Shown piece by piece: positions 37,987 through 47,410 of a DNA stretch of 64,000 bases. This DNA is from a virus. Its lineage: Duplodnaviria; Caudoviricetes. Position 1 is the first letter of the stretch. The number at the start of each line of letters is the position of its first letter. The stretch lies in IMG/VR virus record IMGVR_UViG_3300008116_000002; one strand, 5' to 3'. The notes under the pieces were generated by a model. The model did no database searches. It saw only the letters and a program-made list of their open reading frames with translations, and had not been told where the DNA came from. The translations under genes were made by a program, and so were the position numbers.

Positions 37987-38665
37987 TACATTTGAGGTTT
38001 GGCCTAGAGCCAGAGAGTTAGCAGATAAGATTATATCTCGTTTTAATTCTTATGAGCGAGAGGATATTAATCCTGAGTATGAGATACACGTAGATAATTT
38101 TACGTGGAAAAATTACTTATGGAAGTCTGAAAAATTTAAAAGAGCTCACATAGAAATTGTAGACGCCTCTGAAACTAAAAAGATGTGGGTTATGCATATG
38201 TGCATTTATCCTCATTATAATTCTTCTGATCCAATATTTGGTTTTGATATTGTCTGCGGTAAAAATAAAATTACTGGGGCTTTTCACGATTTCTCTTTTA
38301 TTGGATTATCTGATCTTTATAATTGGTTTCAAGGAACCATGCTAAATGTTAAATGGTCTAAACCAAGAGATCTTCCTGATTGGGCAAAGAAGATCTTTAG
38401 TCCAGCAATGCTAGCAGCAGGAAACATTCAAACCGAAGAAGAGTTTAATCAATTGGAAAAAGTCGTTATAGACAATCTTGATTATTACCTTTATAATGTA
38501 GGTAAAGTAGTAACAGGTTCTGATTTTTCTTCGAGGCATGATCATTATTGTAAGAATCAGAAATTAAACCCACACACTCCTGCCATGATGGAAACTTTTG
38601 GTGTTGATAAACAGGTTTTTGCGAAATTTATGGACGAAGTTTTATTCCCAGAGAAACATGGATAA
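37979..38665 (+). CDS. ferredoxin-dependent bilin reductase (PcyX/PcyA/PebS family)
   Basis: HMCIYP...PIFGFDIV...AFHDFS, YCKNQKLNPHT; overlaps the heme oxygenase gene. Confidence 0.85.
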   Translation: MSDTFEVWPRARELADKIISRFNSYEREDINPEYEIHVDNFTWKNYLWKSEKFKRAHIEIVDASETKKMWVMHMCIYPHYNSSDPIFGFDIVCGKNKITGAFHDFSFIGLSDLYNWFQGTMLNVKWSKPRDLPDWAKKIFSPAMLAAGNIQTEEEFNQLEKVVIDNLDYYLYNVGKVVTGSDFSSRHDHYCKNQKLNPHTPAMMETFGVDKQVFAKFMDEVLFPEKHG

Positions 38666-38924
38666 AGAAATAGAATACATTTTAACAGACAGTTTAATTA
38701 TAACCAAAAAATTTAGATCACCCAATGAGTTTTCTTTACATATTGAAGAGAGGGTTTTGAGAGAAAAAATAGGATATATGGATGCGGTTATTCAATATTG
38801 TGAGGAAGTAGATATAGATATTGAATCCATATCTAAATTAATTAATCAGTCTCTAAAAGATAAAATACAGAATGAGGCTGAAGAAAATAACTTTATGAAA
38901 CGTAGAGGAAAATTGCCCCTGTGA
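38658..38924 (+). CDS. 33: late transcription coactivator gp33
   Basis: FSLHIEE...YMDAVIQYCEE...LKDKIQNEA; position before gp59. Confidence 0.85.
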   Translation: MDKEIEYILTDSLIITKKFRSPNEFSLHIEERVLREKIGYMDAVIQYCEEVDIDIESISKLINQSLKDKIQNEAEENNFMKRRGKLPL

Positions 38925-39532
38925 TTATGGATGAGTTCTCAGTGTATAAAATGTATATTGCTTTAAAGCTGCATTTTACTACAGATAATTATGATATAAC
39001 TAAAAGAAACGGAAAGGTGAGAGCTAGTAGAGATGCCTTTAATAAAAGAAAAGATCTTTTCTCTATAAGAAAAATAGCTAAGTCTTATTCCGATGAGGAA
39101 GTTGCTAATTTTTTAATTTCAAATTTTGTATCAGGTAATCGTTGGGGTGGGGTATTTGATTCTGATGCGGGGAAAACATACCTTGAATGGAAAGGTAAGA
39201 TGGAAAGCCTTTCCTACATATTTACTAATGAACTAGATAATCTGATAATGGAGTTGGAATCTCAAAAAATTAGTTTAGCTGATTCCTTTCAGATCACAAA
39301 AGCCCAGCATCCATATATATTGAAGGCTTATTTGAGAAATACTATATCTCTGGAAACTCTAACTATCATAGAAAAGGTTATGCCTTTTGTAGAAACTTTT
39401 GATAGTAAATTATCTGCAGATTTAGTATGGCCGGATGTTTCTAGACTTATTAAAAAGTATAAACCATTTTTAAAAATTGACAAAGAAAAGTACAATGGAA
39501 TATTCGAATCAAGATGTGGAACTGGATATTAA
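38921..39532 (+). CDS. 59: helicase loader gp59
   Basis: YKMYIALKLHFT..YD, F.KRKD, HPYIL, SLETL. Confidence 0.88.
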   Translation: MIMDEFSVYKMYIALKLHFTTDNYDITKRNGKVRASRDAFNKRKDLFSIRKIAKSYSDEEVANFLISNFVSGNRWGGVFDSDAGKTYLEWKGKMESLSYIFTNELDNLIMELESQKISLADSFQITKAQHPYILKAYLRNTISLETLTIIEKVMPFVETFDSKLSADLVWPDVSRLIKKYKPFLKIDKEKYNGIFESRCGTGY

Positions 39533-39728
39533 TACCAGAAAAATTAAAGAACTTGAAAAAGAACTATATGTCACAAGAGAATTATTAACCAATTGTATAG
39601 ATTCACTAAAAGAAACTCAAAGATTTATTATGAAACTCGCATATAATCAATCTGAGATTACTAAAAGGGTTTCATCTTGGCCCTATATTGTGGTGTCGTC
39701 ATCAAAAGACGATGATGAAGAAGTTTAA
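39496..39728 (+). CDS. coiled-coil hypothetical protein (start approximate)
   Basis: ORF between gp59 and gp32. Confidence 0.6.
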
Positions 39729-39751
39729 TAGTAGGAGAGTAAAATTTAACT

Positions 39752-39940
39752 ATGTCAGTTAAGAAAAAGAACTTTGATCTCGACAGAGAGAAAAAAATTA
39801 AAAACGTTCGGCAAAAAAATGTGCTAGACAAGCACAGAAAATTAATATATAATATTGCATCATCCAAGAACATTGTTTCTGAAGATGATGACGAATTAGA
39901 TTATGTGTATGCAACTGATACAAAAATCAAACGTCGTTAA
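39752..39940 (+). CDS. small hypothetical protein
   Basis: AGGAG RBS; upstream of gp32. Confidence 0.6.
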   Translation: MSVKKKNFDLDREKKIKNVRQKNVLDKHRKLIYNIASSKNIVSEDDDELDYVYATDTKIKRR

Positions 39941-39978
39941 TACATCGTTTATACAACGCTTATACAAGGAGTACTATT

Positions 39979-40905
39979 ATGGCATTTCAGTCATTATCTG
40001 ATTTAAGAAAATCTCGTGGCGGTTTCGACAAACTAATGAAGGAAGTCGAAAAGATTGCAAGCCCACAAGGAGAATCAAGAGCTGACGATCGCTTCTGGCA
40101 ACCAGAGGTAGACAAGGCAGGTAACGGTTACGCTGTTATTCGATTCTTAGCCCCACCTAAAGGAGAAGAACTACCCTGGGTTCGTATTTGGAATCATGGT
40201 TTCCAAGGACCTACAGGAAAGTGGTATATTGAAAATTCTCTTACTACACTAAATAAAACAGATCCCGTTTCAGAATATAATACTGAATTGTGGAACTCTG
40301 GGTCTGAAGCGAATAAGGAAATTGCTCGTAAGCAAAAGCGTAAGCTAACTTATATCGCAAATATTATGATTGTCAAGGATCCTGCTCATCCAGAGAACGA
40401 AGGTAAAGTATTTCTTTACAAGTTCGGTAAGAAGATCTGGGATAAGATTAAAGATCTAGCAGATCCACAATTTGAAGACGAGAAGCCAATCAATGTATTT
40501 GACTTCTGGGAAGGGGCAAACTTCAAATTGAAGATTCGTAATGTAGAAGGCTATCGTAATTACGATAAGTCTGAATTTGAATCGCCTAGTGCTTTATCTG
40601 AAGATGATTCTGCAATTGAGGAAATTTGGGGTAAGCAATACTCGTTACTTCAGTTCCTCGATGAAAAGAATTTTAAATCCTATGACGAATTGAAGAAGAA
40701 ATTCGATATGGTTATGGGACTTGCAGGTGGCACTATTTCTACTAAGAAAGCTGAAGATACTTACTTAGATGAGGAATTCGAATCTGCTCCAAAGGTACAA
40801 GCAACTGCTGCGCCTAAGCAGGTTGAAAAGGCACCTAAGAAGGAAGTAGACTTTGACGACGATGATGAGTCTTTGTCCTACTTCGCTAAATTAGCTGAAG
40901 ATTAA
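39979..40905 (+). CDS. 32: single-stranded DNA-binding protein gp32
   Basis: DDRFW, GYAVIRFL, WYIENSLTT, YKFGKKI, GANFKLK, acidic tail ...SYFAKLAED. Confidence 0.95.
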   Translation: MAFQSLSDLRKSRGGFDKLMKEVEKIASPQGESRADDRFWQPEVDKAGNGYAVIRFLAPPKGEELPWVRIWNHGFQGPTGKWYIENSLTTLNKTDPVSEYNTELWNSGSEANKEIARKQKRKLTYIANIMIVKDPAHPENEGKVFLYKFGKKIWDKIKDLADPQFEDEKPINVFDFWEGANFKLKIRNVEGYRNYDKSEFESPSALSEDDSAIEEIWGKQYSLLQFLDEKNFKSYDELKKKFDMVMGLAGGTISTKKAEDTYLDEEFESAPKVQATAAPKQVEKAPKKEVDFDDDDESLSYFAKLAED

Positions 40906-40933
40906 AAAAAAGCCCGCTTCGGCGGGCTTTTTA
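40904..40933. terminator. bidirectional Rho-independent terminator
   Basis: A8-GCCCGC-TTCG-GCGGGC-T5 between convergent transcription units. Confidence 0.92.
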
Positions 40934-41031
40934 TTTCATTCTAATTTAGTAATTCCGTCTTAAAGTTATTTTCTTCAGCCTCATTCTGTATTTTATCTTT
41001 TAGAGACTGATTAATTAATTTAGATATGGAT

Positions 41032-42849
41032 TCAATATCTATATATCGAACCATATCTTCGCACAAAATCTTTAAAATTCTCATTTGTATTTTCAGATGT
41101 CGACGAATTTGGAGTTACTGTTGTTGAATTTTTTCCAGAATCGCCTTGGCCTAAAATGTTATTGGTAACATTGTTAACTGTGCCACTAAATTTTTCTTTT
41201 GTATAATCAATAAGTTCTTCACTTAGCTTAGTTGTATCTTCTATAGTCTTTGCTAGGGCTGTACCTAGTCCGGGAGCAAGATTAATTTTCTGATCTTGTA
41301 TTGTTATTTCGCCTAATTGATCTAAAAACGGCACTATCTTTTTCTCGATATCTTCCTTAGAAAGAAAATCTAGATTGTCTGAAAATTTTTCTAATGCTTC
41401 ATTTGCTTCTTTTAGTAATTTATTGAATGCGCCTTGATTCTGCAATTCATCATATTCTTGTCGCAGTTTTGCTTCTTCATTTTTCTGTGCTATAATATCT
41501 TTTTCTCTTTGTTCGGCTTCATCTAGTTTCGCCATTTGTCCTTCGGTGAGTTTCTGCCCATTTATCATTCCACCTTGAGATTTAACCCATCTTGCATATT
41601 GCCCTTCGGTCCATTTCGTTCCGTCACCCAACGGGCTATCTAGATAACGTATATCTCCCATTGTACCTCTAACATCATAGGTTTCACCTGGAGCTAAATC
41701 TCTACTAGCATTAAAAGGCCCAGGCATATTTCCGAATAATGATCTATTAGAAGGCGAATACGGACTTCCGAATAATCTACTAGTATTTCTCGCGCCTTTA
41801 TTTGGCAAACCCCCTTTAACAATATCCTCAATAGTTGCATCTGGATCATCAGGTAATAACATAGTAAGTCCTAATGCAGCTAATGCCCCCGCAAGCCCTC
41901 TTCCTGCACCACCTGGAGAAAATCTACTAGGTCTTCCTGTTCTAACATTCTCGGCATCTACAACTCGAGGACCATACTTTCCTTCATTCCAGGGGAAACG
42001 CGATTTGTAATTTGGGTCGAAGGGTGCGCCTCTGCCCGGACCTTCCAATAGAAGGCGGTTACCTCCTGGTCTTGTTGTGGGGCGGGTGCCTCCTCCGCTC
42101 GGGTTCTTTCCATCAGGAGGTAGGACAACAGGAGGCTGGCCCCCAGGTTTCTGTCCACCAGGGAAATTGGCCCCAGGCATTCCAGGAATCGTAGGAAATA
42201 ATCTAGATAATTTAGTAATTCCGTCTACTAATTTATCGAACCCATTAAGTAAACCTTTAAAACCGGACATTAAAGTACTTGATAATAAAGAGATCGCACC
42301 AACTATTCCTGCAAGAAGAATTTTACCTAAGCCAGATAACATTCCTCCAGATGCGCCGCCGCCCATATCTAAACCCGACATTCTTCTAGCAATAGCTTCG
42401 GCAAGCTTTTCTCTCTCAATTGCACGTTTAGAATCTGTACTTTGCCTAGCTATAAAATCTATATTTCTAGCTTGTCTTTCGGTTATATCCCTAAGTGCGC
42501 TCATTTCCTCCATCATTTTTTGTTGATATTTAGATGGGCCGAATACCTTACTAAATAAATTTGTAAAGAACCCTTTATCGGGTTGCGCTTTACCTCCAAA
42601 GGATGAGCCGAAAGATCCCTTGCCCTTTCCTGCTAGATAACTTTTTATTTCTGAAATACCGCTACCAAGTTTAAAAACTTCCCTTTGTATATCTTTATTT
42701 TCTTTATTAGATGAAGATCTCCTATTCTTAAAGATTTCATCAGATATAGTATGCAATATCTTCGATTGTTCTCGAAGACTATCATTTTGTGCCTTTAGGC
42801 TATCTATGATAACTCTATCGGTTGGGTTCAACTTATCGAAAGGTAACAT
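41032..42849 (-). CDS. putative tape-measure/baseplate hub protein (gp29-like position)
   Basis: 605 aa, helical, with amphipathic G/L-rich segment; directly follows gp26/gp51. Confidence 0.5.
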   Translation of the reverse strand: MLPFDKLNPTDRVIIDSLKAQNDSLREQSKILHTISDEIFKNRRSSSNKENKDIQREVFKLGSGISEIKSYLAGKGKGSFGSSFGGKAQPDKGFFTNLFSKVFGPSKYQQKMMEEMSALRDITERQARNIDFIARQSTDSKRAIEREKLAEAIARRMSGLDMGGGASGGMLSGLGKILLAGIVGAISLLSSTLMSGFKGLLNGFDKLVDGITKLSRLFPTIPGMPGANFPGGQKPGGQPPVVLPPDGKNPSGGGTRPTTRPGGNRLLLEGPGRGAPFDPNYKSRFPWNEGKYGPRVVDAENVRTGRPSRFSPGGAGRGLAGALAALGLTMLLPDDPDATIEDIVKGGLPNKGARNTSRLFGSPYSPSNRSLFGNMPGPFNASRDLAPGETYDVRGTMGDIRYLDSPLGDGTKWTEGQYARWVKSQGGMINGQKLTEGQMAKLDEAEQREKDIIAQKNEEAKLRQEYDELQNQGAFNKLLKEANEALEKFSDNLDFLSKEDIEKKIVPFLDQLGEITIQDQKINLAPGLGTALAKTIEDTTKLSEELIDYTKEKFSGTVNNVTNNILGQGDSGKNSTTVTPNSSTSENTNENFKDFVRRYGSIYRY

Positions 42850-42852
42850 GTA

Positions 42853-42987
42853 TTATCCCTTAAATGCTTTTTGTTTCAATTTTTCGTTTTGTTCGCTAAT
42901 GTGTTCTATAAGCATAGTGACGTAAATATCTCTTTCCCATGGTAACATATTTTCTATTTCAGTTAACGAATAATTATGACTATTCAT
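42853..42987 (-). CDS. 51: baseplate hub assembly catalyst gp51-like (not in ORF track; frame open back to 43050)
   Basis: MNSHNYSLTEIENMLPWERDIYVTMLIEHISEQNEK. Confidence 0.8.
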   Translation of the reverse strand: MNSHNYSLTEIENMLPWERDIYVTMLIEHISEQNEKLKQKAFKG

Positions 42988-43037
42988 TAATGAAAAATTT
43001 AACTTATAATAGTTAAGAAGACCCTCATGAGAAAGAG

Positions 43038-43730
43038 TTAAACGAAAAAATTTTGTAGACCTTCTAATTTAACTTCATTCTTAGTTCCACACTTACTACA
43101 ATTTTGCTCAACAGTTTGAGTAATTTTTGGCATGGTAACAAAGAATTTTTCTAACTTTTCAAACTGACTTCTTGAAAAAGAATTAACAAATTCTATTAAC
43201 TCTTCTTTTGTATAATCTGTGTATTGTTGCTCATCTGTAAATACCACTTTGATACAGGATGACAGCATCTCTACAATGTTTTCCGAATTAAAATTTTCAT
43301 ATATTGATGCGATTTCATCAAAAACAGGATATCTCATCTCCAATCCAATAGTATCAGTAATTAAAATTTTGGTAGTATGCTCAGAATTTTTTTTAACTTC
43401 TGCCCGAGTAATATCTAATTCAAATTCAATCTTATTTTCACAATTATTACAAGTTAAAGTTAAGGAAGTTTTTTCTCCTATTGATTTCGCTCTAATATTA
43501 ATGAACAAATATTCAATATCAAAATTAGGAAGTTCTTTAACTTTTAGTTTATTAAATGTACAAACATCTACTAAATCTGTAACTATTTTATAAATTTCTT
43601 CAGAATCCGACTCTAATGCGGTTAAGAGAATTTTATATTCTTTAACTAAGAATGGTCTATATTTTACTTTTTCTTCGGTAGAAGGTAAAATCAATTCATA
43701 GGTTGGTGTTTCTAATTTAGGTAAAGCCAT
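43038..43730 (-). CDS. 26: baseplate hub assembly chaperone gp26
   Basis: MALPKLETPTYEL...RPFLVKEYK, DIEYLFINIRAKSIGE, CxxC, LEGLQNFF. Confidence 0.88.
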   Translation of the reverse strand: MALPKLETPTYELILPSTEEKVKYRPFLVKEYKILLTALESDSEEIYKIVTDLVDVCTFNKLKVKELPNFDIEYLFINIRAKSIGEKTSLTLTCNNCENKIEFELDITRAEVKKNSEHTTKILITDTIGLEMRYPVFDEIASIYENFNSENIVEMLSSCIKVVFTDEQQYTDYTKEELIEFVNSFSRSQFEKLEKFFVTMPKITQTVEQNCSKCGTKNEVKLEGLQNFFV

Positions 43731-43744
43731 GTTATGTCCTCAAT

Positions 43745-44578
43745 TTATGGTATCGTTTCAATGTCTGGAGATAGTATAGGCCCATCTCCTAAACCGCTTT
43801 CTACTCTGTTTGGTTGCTCTCGACGTATTCTAATACTACGGTCGTCTTCAGTTTCTCCCTCAAGATATTCTGTATCTCGTCTTACTGTGTTTGCTATAAT
43901 ACCTCTTTCAGTGTTTATACTTGGCAATGATCCCCTTTCATCAGTATTTTCTAAGATACTCTTTAGTAAAGGATTATTGGTATTTACAACTTGTTGCTCC
44001 CATACTTCAGGATACCTAACCGCATTAGGAATCTTATGATAAGGAAACCATCTTCTATACGAAAAGGTAACATTTAGTTTGTGTACTTGATTTTGTGTAC
44101 TATTGTTAAGATCAAGTAAAGCCACGCTTCTAGGAAAAGCATCTTCCAATGTTATCGCATATGTGATATTATCTTTTTCGTCTAACTGAAATATAGTAAT
44201 AGGTACGGTATAATTATCTGCATAATGCACAAAATATTGAAACGGGTCTACGATTATATTAGTCCAAGCATCAAAAAATCCTTTTACATCCATATCCGTA
44301 TCAAGCAAAAATGTCATAGTTATACCTTCTCCTCCATACTCAGAATTAAAAGGTCTTTGATATGCTGGTCCGTATACTCTTTGCTGTTTAACACCTATTG
44401 TTTTAGATGGCAAATTTGCGGATTCGCAAAATAGGCTTATCAATCTGTTAGTCCAAATAGTCTGCGTAAGATCTGCCAAACCTTTTGGCGTTGGAAAGGA
44501 TATTTCAAATCTATTAGGTTTAGCTAATCCTCTAATTCTTACTTCAGTTTGAAAATCGCTTATAGAAAAATTTGCCAT
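43745..44578 (-). CDS. 54: baseplate-tail tube initiator gp54-like
   Basis: GLAKPNRFEI, CESANLP, EDAFP, VTFSYR. Confidence 0.8.
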   Translation of the reverse strand: MANFSISDFQTEVRIRGLAKPNRFEISFPTPKGLADLTQTIWTNRLISLFCESANLPSKTIGVKQQRVYGPAYQRPFNSEYGGEGITMTFLLDTDMDVKGFFDAWTNIIVDPFQYFVHYADNYTVPITIFQLDEKDNITYAITLEDAFPRSVALLDLNNSTQNQVHKLNVTFSYRRWFPYHKIPNAVRYPEVWEQQVVNTNNPLLKSILENTDERGSLPSINTERGIIANTVRRDTEYLEGETEDDRSIRIRREQPNRVESGLGDGPILSPDIETIP

Positions 44579-44581
44579 TTG

Positions 44582-45151
44582 TTATTTGTACTTTCTTTTA
44601 GTGTTTTTCCAAACCTTGCCCATACTTTGTTGTTTAAATCCTTCAACCGGTAGCATGCTGGCGGTTTCCCAATCGGCAAAATTTACTTTCAGGAATCTAC
44701 TTCGCAATTGCGTATTAAGATATCGTTTTACGCAAGCAGTCGCAGCTAAAAATCTTGAAGAACTATTTAGTATTTGCCAGGATATTTTAATTTTAGTATT
44801 TTCGTCGACTCTGCTATCTGTGGCTAATTTTTTTAAATCTCCCAACAACTTAAATCTTGCGCCGTATGGAAGATAGTGCAGATTAATTCCTATAAATCCG
44901 TCAGCAGTTTTGGAGAAAGGAAGAACTAATGGGACGGTATCATAATAGGGTAATACGTTTTTATATTTTGGATCATATAAAAACATATACATATATCCAG
45001 GAGTAACCACATTTGATAATCTTTGTCCGCGTATCAGTTGTTGCCCCGTTAGTCCTGAGGATAAATTTATGACAGTGTTTTTATACCAGCGAAAAGCTTT
45101 ATCCTGGTCACCCTTCTGCATTCTAATCTGAGTAAAGATATTTTCAGCCAT
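44582..45151 (-). CDS. 2: DNA end protector gp2
   Basis: MFLYDPKYK..LPYYD..PLV, GINLHYLP, CVKRYL. Confidence 0.9.
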   Translation of the reverse strand: MAENIFTQIRMQKGDQDKAFRWYKNTVINLSSGLTGQQLIRGQRLSNVVTPGYMYMFLYDPKYKNVLPYYDTVPLVLPFSKTADGFIGINLHYLPYGARFKLLGDLKKLATDSRVDENTKIKISWQILNSSSRFLAATACVKRYLNTQLRSRFLKVNFADWETASMLPVEGFKQQSMGKVWKNTKRKYK

Positions 45152-45599
45152 TTGCGATTCCTAAATCTTTTTCGGTTAAAATCATAAATTTCATATTACG
45201 GTCCTCACAAAATTCAAAGGCTGCTTTCCACTTAGCTTCATTTACCCCATATTGAAAAACTTCATCTATAAATTTTTTGGTTTTTCTGGCAGGGATCTGC
45301 GGGGGTTTCGTAAATCTTTCAGGCTTAATTTCTATTAAATATTTCTCCGCAATTCCCCGTTTGTTTTTAATCTTAATATAAAAGTCTACGAAATACCTAT
45401 GTACTTTTTTATCAATGGGGGAAACGTAGGGAACAATGACGATCTCAGAACCCCATTCCTGAACGGATGAATTCAAATCGCACCATTTCATAAACCTAAG
45501 TTCCCATAGAGAGCGATAAACAATATTAGTCACATCTCCCTTGTATTTCGAAGGATTTTTCGGTCTAAACTTCCCTTTGTAAGTTTTGGTGTACAACAT
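45144..45599 (-). CDS. 4: head completion nuclease gp4
   Basis: YRSLWE, WGSE, HRYFVDF, EIKP, NEAKWKAA, ILTE. Confidence 0.92.
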   Translation of the reverse strand: MLYTKTYKGKFRPKNPSKYKGDVTNIVYRSLWELRFMKWCDLNSSVQEWGSEIVIVPYVSPIDKKVHRYFVDFYIKIKNKRGIAEKYLIEIKPERFTKPPQIPARKTKKFIDEVFQYGVNEAKWKAAFEFCEDRNMKFMILTEKDLGIANG

Positions 45600-45603
45600 T
45601 TCC

Positions 45604-45635
45604 TATAAATAATATTAGATTCAACAATATTTATT
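45604..45635. promoter_or_regulatory. pair of oppositely oriented late promoters
   Basis: TATAAATA (+, 45604-45611) and AATAAATA (-, 45628-45635) in the 43-bp gap between divergent genes. Confidence 0.75.
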
Positions 45636-45642
45636 AAAGAAA

Positions 45643-46812
45643 ATGGCAAAAGGTATCTACGATCCCGAAAAAGATTCCGTTGACAGTATACGAAAGAAAT
45701 ACGAAGCGGAATATAAAAATCAGTTCAAGGGTGCGTACAATATAGGAACCCATGAATACCCTGAGGGGCTTCGGGTAAAACCGGATCTTCAGCACTACGT
45801 GGCGTTCTATATTAACGTCAGAGAAAAGAGCTCGACGTCGATTATTCAATCCAGAAGAAATCCTTTTGAGGATTATGTTGTAGATGAAAAAACTCAAAAA
45901 GAAATTGACGCTATTGCCGCACAATCGAGGACCGGTAGAATAACTCAAGCGGATGCGGAGTCCGCAGTAGCAACCGCAAAAAACTATGCAGGTAGGATAG
46001 TTGCGGGTGCGACCTTAATAGGGGCGGGATTAAGCTCCGGTATACGAGGCGCAGGAAAAGCACTGATCCCAGCAACTTTAGCGGGGGGTGTCACGTCAGT
46101 AGTCACAAATATGATAGATAATGCAAATTTTCAGGCATTCAAATCTGGTAGAACTTCTAGATTAAAGGATGTCATAACATTAAACATAGAAGAAAGGCCT
46201 TCGGTAAGATATGGCGTTAATTATACCAACTCTGATGTGGCTGGCTTACTTGGACTGGGTGGAATCTTTATTCAAGGTTCCGCGGCTCTAACAGCTAAAA
46301 ATTTAAAAAATGCCGAACCTGAATTACAAGCTAGATTTCTAAGTGAGTTAGCTAGAATTCCTTCTCTTGGTCAGGGCGGAGGCATTATTAATGATCTAAG
46401 AGAATTATCATCAAGAACAAAAACCAATCCATTTCGGGAAACTTTGTTTGAATCGGTTAATTATAGAAGTTTTACTTTTAGATATAGATTTTTTCCAAAA
46501 AGTGTTTCCGAAAGTCGAAGAATAAAAGATATAATACAATTATTTAAGATACACATGCATCCTGAATTAACTGCACAAAAATTGTTCTATGTTTATCCTT
46601 CAGAATTTGATATACAATATTTCTACAAAGATAAAGAAAATGATTACCTACATAAATTTACTCGATGCGCACTAACAGATATGGCAGTCGATTACGGTGG
46701 CGAACAGTTTTCTACGTTTCAAGATGGTGCCCCAGTTGAAGTAGGATTATCGTTGACGTTTACAGAATTAGAAAGTTTAACTTCCGGAGCTATTGATTCC
46801 TATGGCTATTGA
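45643..46812 (+). CDS. 48: baseplate tail-tube cap gp48-like
   Basis: NPFRETLFESVNYRSFTF, YPSEFDI, CALTDMAVDYG. Confidence 0.82.
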   Translation: MAKGIYDPEKDSVDSIRKKYEAEYKNQFKGAYNIGTHEYPEGLRVKPDLQHYVAFYINVREKSSTSIIQSRRNPFEDYVVDEKTQKEIDAIAAQSRTGRITQADAESAVATAKNYAGRIVAGATLIGAGLSSGIRGAGKALIPATLAGGVTSVVTNMIDNANFQAFKSGRTSRLKDVITLNIEERPSVRYGVNYTNSDVAGLLGLGGIFIQGSAALTAKNLKNAEPELQARFLSELARIPSLGQGGGIINDLRELSSRTKTNPFRETLFESVNYRSFTFRYRFFPKSVSESRRIKDIIQLFKIHMHPELTAQKLFYVYPSEFDIQYFYKDKENDYLHKFTRCALTDMAVDYGGEQFSTFQDGAPVEVGLSLTFTELESLTSGAIDSYGY

Positions 46813-47410
46813 TTTCTTTTCAGATTTTCCGAAAATATCATATACTATAGATGACTATGAAACTAGACAAGTTGTCGTGGACATATTTAAGCGAGTTATC
46901 TTATCTAAAGAATATTTAGACAATTCCTTATATTTTGAAGAATATGATGTTTTGCATGGAGAAACGCCCGAGGAAGTTTCCTATAGATTTTATGGCACAA
47001 CGAATTTAAACTGGGTAATTTTAATGTTTAATAATATTATGGATCCTCGTTTTGAATGGCCTGTTTCAGAAGAAACCTTATATAAAATTACAGAGAAAAA
47101 GTACGGAGCAGCTCAAAACGTATTTGCTATTAATCGAGCAAAAAATAATAAAGGTTATATCGTTGAGACGTTCTTTATTCTTACAGAAGATTCTACACAC
47201 GAAGAACCTATAAGATTACTTGTAGAAAATCCAACAGATGAGGGTATCAATACTCCAATCGCATATCAGGATTCTACAGAAATTGCAGACTATGAAAGTA
47301 ATTTTGAAGTTGAAACTGAAAAAAATGAAAAGAATAGAAGTATTAAAATACTAAAACCTGCAGTAGTACAAGAAGTTATTTCTAACTATAAAAAATTAAT
47401 TACTATTTAA
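46802..47410 (+). CDS. 53: baseplate wedge subunit gp53 (LysM-like)
   Basis: FSDFPKISY, GETPEEVSYRFYG...WVILMFN...WP, RSIKILKP. Confidence 0.88.
   Translation: MAIDFFSDFPKISYTIDDYETRQVVVDIFKRVILSKEYLDNSLYFEEYDVLHGETPEEVSYRFYGTTNLNWVILMFNNIMDPRFEWPVSEETLYKITEKKYGAAQNVFAINRAKNNKGYIVETFFILTEDSTHEEPIRLLVENPTDEGINTPIAYQDSTEIADYESNFEVETEKNEKNRSIKILKPAVVQEVISNYKKLITI

Noticed and set aside
37453-38665. Calling the phage a cyanophage from ho/bilin reductase, pstS and phoH
   Set aside because: No psbA, hli or cpeT genes in the window, and these genes also occur in phages of heterotrophs; host remains an inference.
19041-40905. Introns or inteins in rnh, ligase, phoH or gp32
   Set aside because: ORFs are continuous and of ordinary length with motifs in order; no splice or intein signatures were seen.
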